A stretch of 19,721 nucleotides of DNA from Archangiaceae bacterium. Its GTDB lineage: Bacteria; Myxococcota; Myxococcia; Myxococcales; Myxococcaceae. This document shows, piece after piece, positions 17,110 to 19,721 of this stretch. Each line of letters starts with the position of its first letter. Position 1 is the stretch's first letter. The position numbers and the translations under genes are program-made. The DNA lies in assembly GCA_043750125.1 (NCBI GenBank), contig JAYVCD010000090.1:1-19721 (forward strand), in the 5' to 3' direction. The notes beneath the pieces were generated by a model. That model saw only the letters and a list, made by a program, of their open reading frames with translations. It was not told where the DNA came from and did not search any database.

Positions 17110-17922
17110 TTAGTTCGCCGTCTTCACGCGGGTGACGGTCTCAGCAGGCGAGACCGGGCACACCATCTCGAGCTGAAGCGTGACGGAGTGCGAGCTCGCC
17201 GAAGCGACCTGAACGACGCCGACCGAGGTGCACTGCACGTCGACGTGATCCCACATCTTGGCGTCGGCCTTCTGCACGGCCTTCAAGCGCTCGTTGGCCT
17301 GGGTGACCAGCGCGTCGCGGTGTTTTTCCATCGGCTCGACGCTCCAGATGATGTCCGGACCGATCGCCTGGCCCGACGACATCTCGAAGCCCGATTCGCT
17401 GCCCGCGTTGTACGGCGGGAGCGCGAGGACGTACTCACGCAGCGCCTTGAAGCAGGTGTTGGCAGCGGCGAAGCGCGCGTCGGGATCCTTGCCCGCGGTG
17501 TCGACGAAAATTTCCGCGTTCCCGCCCGTCTTCCAGCTCTTGTTGTCTTTGCTGCTCGGCACAGCGTAGTTGATGATCTTGAAGCCGCAGCCGGGGTTGC
17601 CACCGATCTTCTTCAGGTCGGCAAACGCGGTCTGCATCTGGGCCGCGGCCGAGTCGAACGTGCCGCCGTGGGCATTGATGCTGACCGGGGTGGTGCCGCG
17701 ATCGGGGGCCACTTCGATGGCCGTCTGAATCCGCAGCTCGCGCTCACCGCGTCCGACCGAGATGCCGCTGCTGTTGTCGTACTGGCCGTAGACCTTCGGG
17801 CCCCCGAGGCCAACGCCACCGACCGAGGGAAGGAGTCCGGCGCCGCCAAACAGGCCGCAACCAGAGCCGGAGATTACGAACAGCAGAGAAAAAGCCAACT
17901 GGGGAAGCTTGGAAAGGGTCAT
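17110..17922 (-). CDS. Hypothetical lipoprotein
   Basis: MTLSKLPQLAFSLLFVISGSG-C lipobox-like signal, Gly-rich linker, strong GC3 codon bias, followed by a terminator. Confidence 0.75.
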   Translation of the reverse strand: MTLSKLPQLAFSLLFVISGSGCGLFGGAGLLPSVGGVGLGGPKVYGQYDNSSGISVGRGERELRIQTAIEVAPDRGTTPVSINAHGGTFDSAAAQMQTAFADLKKIGGNPGCGFKIINYAVPSSKDNKSWKTGGNAEIFVDTAGKDPDARFAAANTCFKALREYVLALPPYNAGSESGFEMSSGQAIGPDIIWSVEPMEKHRDALVTQANERLKAVQKADAKMWDHVDVQCTSVGVVQVASASSHSVTLQLEMVCPVSPAETVTRVKTAN

Positions 17923-18038
17923 GGGCGCGGACCATATGTTCGGTTCGCAAAACCACGGCGAAAATTAGACGCGTGTGCGGCCGCGCAATCTCGAAGTTTT
18001 CTTGATCTCGATCCTGAAGTTTGTCTTGCCCAGACGCT

Positions 18039-18503
18039 TCAGGTCGCCCCGAGCGTCTTCAACACCTCGAGCGCCTCGGTGACGTGGCGGGTCGCGTTGA
18101 TCTGCGAATTGAAGACGTGGCGCACGGTGCCCTTCGGGTCGATGACGAAGGTTTCGCGGCCATCGACCAGGCCGAGGAATGAGGCCTTCACCCCGTACTG
18201 CTGGCGCACTTTTCCGCCTTCGTCGCTGACCAGCGTGAACGGCAAGCGGTTCTTGGTTGCGAAGGCTTTCTTCGAGGCGGTGCCCTGAGAGCTGATTCCC
18301 ACCACCGTGGCTCCGGCCTTTTGAAACTCGTCGTAGGCATCGCGAAATGCGCAGGCTTCGGCGGTGCAACCGACGGTGTCGTCCTTCGGGTAGAAAAAAA
18401 GGATCACCGGCCCGCGGCCCCACAGCGTGCTCAACCGCACGGGGGTTCCGTCTTGATCAGTGAGATTGAAATCAGGTGCAGAGTCGCCGGTATGGATCGT
18501 CAC
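18039..18503 (-). CDS. bcp: Peroxiredoxin, Bcp/PrxQ family
   Basis: APDFNLTDQDG, FFYPKDDTVGCTAEACAFRD (PxxxTxxC with CxxxxC), RETFVIDPKG. GTG start. Confidence 0.95.
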   Translation of the reverse strand: MTIHTGDSAPDFNLTDQDGTPVRLSTLWGRGPVILFFYPKDDTVGCTAEACAFRDAYDEFQKAGATVVGISSQGTASKKAFATKNRLPFTLVSDEGGKVRQQYGVKASFLGLVDGRETFVIDPKGTVRHVFNSQINATRHVTEALEVLKTLGAT

Positions 18504-18551
18504 GCGGGTGAGATGCGTGGGGGTGGCTTTGGTTGCGAAGAAGCGGTTGTT

Positions 18552-19451
18552 TCAATCGCCCGCGGCCAGGCGCACCTGTTCCCTCAGCCAACGATGGGCG
18601 GGCTCTGCCTGGCGAACGGGGTGCCAGACTTGATGCAGCAAAAGGGTGGCGGTCGGGATCTCGATGGGCCGCAGCATCAGCTCAAAACGTTCGGCGAACA
18701 GTCTGCCGACGCGCTCAGGCAGGGCGGCGAGCAGTTCGGTGTTCGCCAGAGTCCACGGGGTGGACAGATAGTGGGGGGTGAAGAGGACGACGTTGCGGCG
18801 GGTGCTGGACTTCCGTTCGAAGATCCCTTCGGTGCCCCCGCGCGGGGAGACATGCAGTTGGGGGCGGACGATCAGGCGCGAGAGCGGCTCTTTGAAAGCA
18901 GGGTGCCCCTTTCGTCCGGCGACCACGTAGCCCTCTTCGACCAGCAGCTGCCGCTTCAGGCCGCGCGGGACGCGATCCCCGGGTGAAAGATCAAAAGCCC
19001 CCAGGGTCAAGTCGAGCTCGCCCGATTCCAGCTCGCGCAATGGGAAGTCCCGCGACGGAGCGACGACTTTCAAGCTCAGCCCGGTGCAGCGCTGAAAGAC
19101 TTTGGCAAGGCGGGGGATGACCAGCAGCTGGGCGTGGTCGCTTGCGGCGAGGACGAAGCCGCGCCGGGCGGTAAGGGGGTCGAAGCCTCCGGGTGCATCG
19201 AGGGCGTGTTCGAGCTGCCGCAGGGCTCCGGTGACCGGGCCGCGCAAAGATCTCGCCCGATCGGTCGGCAACATTCCTTCCCGGGACCTGACGAACAACG
19301 GGTCGTTGAGGGCCAGGCGCAAGCGGCTCAGCGCGTTGCTGACTGCGGGCTGAGACAGGTGGAGGCGAGTGGCCGCACGCCCGACGCTGGCCTCTTCGAA
19401 CAGCGCGTCGAGCACCCGAAGCAGATTGAGATCCAATTGGGCTAAATTCAC
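18552..19451 (-). CDS. LysR family transcriptional regulator
   Basis: HTH LDLNLLRVLDALFEEASVGRAATRLHLSQPAVSNALSRLR, DPLFVR, FDPLTARRGF, C-terminal WHPVRQAEPAHRWLRE. Start is GTG 19451 (299 aa) or ATG 19469. Confidence 0.95.
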   Translation of the reverse strand: MNLAQLDLNLLRVLDALFEEASVGRAATRLHLSQPAVSNALSRLRLALNDPLFVRSREGMLPTDRARSLRGPVTGALRQLEHALDAPGGFDPLTARRGFVLAASDHAQLLVIPRLAKVFQRCTGLSLKVVAPSRDFPLRELESGELDLTLGAFDLSPGDRVPRGLKRQLLVEEGYVVAGRKGHPAFKEPLSRLIVRPQLHVSPRGGTEGIFERKSSTRRNVVLFTPHYLSTPWTLANTELLAALPERVGRLFAERFELMLRPIEIPTATLLLHQVWHPVRQAEPAHRWLREQVRLAAGD

Positions 19452-19721
19452 GTGGTGAATGTCGCACATCACGACGTTCAACGGCTGAATGGTGGGCAGC
19501 TGCGCATTGTCAGCCCATGACTCTTCGAGCGCTGCGGTTGCTGTCATTGGTCGTGATTGCCGTTTTCCCCTTCTCGTGCGCGTGGCTGCCGAAGTTGCCA
19601 CCCGCGGACTTCGTGGCCGCAAAGGTCGCTACGACCCCGATGGAAATCTGCTGGCTCGAGACGGCGGGGACGCACGTCTCGGCGGGCTTAGGCGCGGCGG
19701 GGATCACCACCGGGGCTGCGT

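Noticed and set aside
17188-18288. 366-aa plus-strand ORF
   Set aside because: Antisense to the lipoprotein and bcp genes, with composition typical of a shadow frame.
19470-19721. LysR N-terminal extension to 19622 and the overlapping minus-strand ORF ending at 19510
   Set aside because: LysR homology begins at about 19451. The 19510 ORF may be the tail of an upstream gene cut by the window edge, but it has no supporting motif.
1-19721. tRNA, rRNA, CRISPR arrays, IS elements
   Set aside because: No cloverleaf, rRNA-like sequence, regularly spaced repeats or transposase motifs were noticed by eye.

Overview
GC-rich bacterial window; the gene content resembles Myxococcota/deltaproteobacteria, but this is not provable from the sequence. 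Bases 1-10373 (+) are the 3' part of a non-ribosomal peptide cluster: the end of an NRPS (A-T plus docking helix), a class I SAM methyltransferase, a PvdE/SyrD-type cyclic peptide ABC exporter, a C-A-T-C NRPS with no thioesterase, and an acyl-CoA/AMP ligase. A convergent two-gene unit (-) encodes a glutathionylspermidine synthase-like ATP-grasp ligase and a DRE-TIM (DmpG-like) aldolase with a long C-terminal extension; it may belong to the cluster. The most striking feature is an internally deleted group II intron (about 691-1534). It sits directly after an ATG and its own 3' end reads ...ACCCATG, so it regenerates the start codon of the downstream methyltransferase. The right third holds msrP (Tat motif plus lipobox, no adjacent msrQ) coupled to a probable outer-membrane barrel, then a Pro/Ala-rich protein, an SRPBCC protein, a lipoprotein with a terminator, Bcp peroxiredoxin and a LysR regulator.
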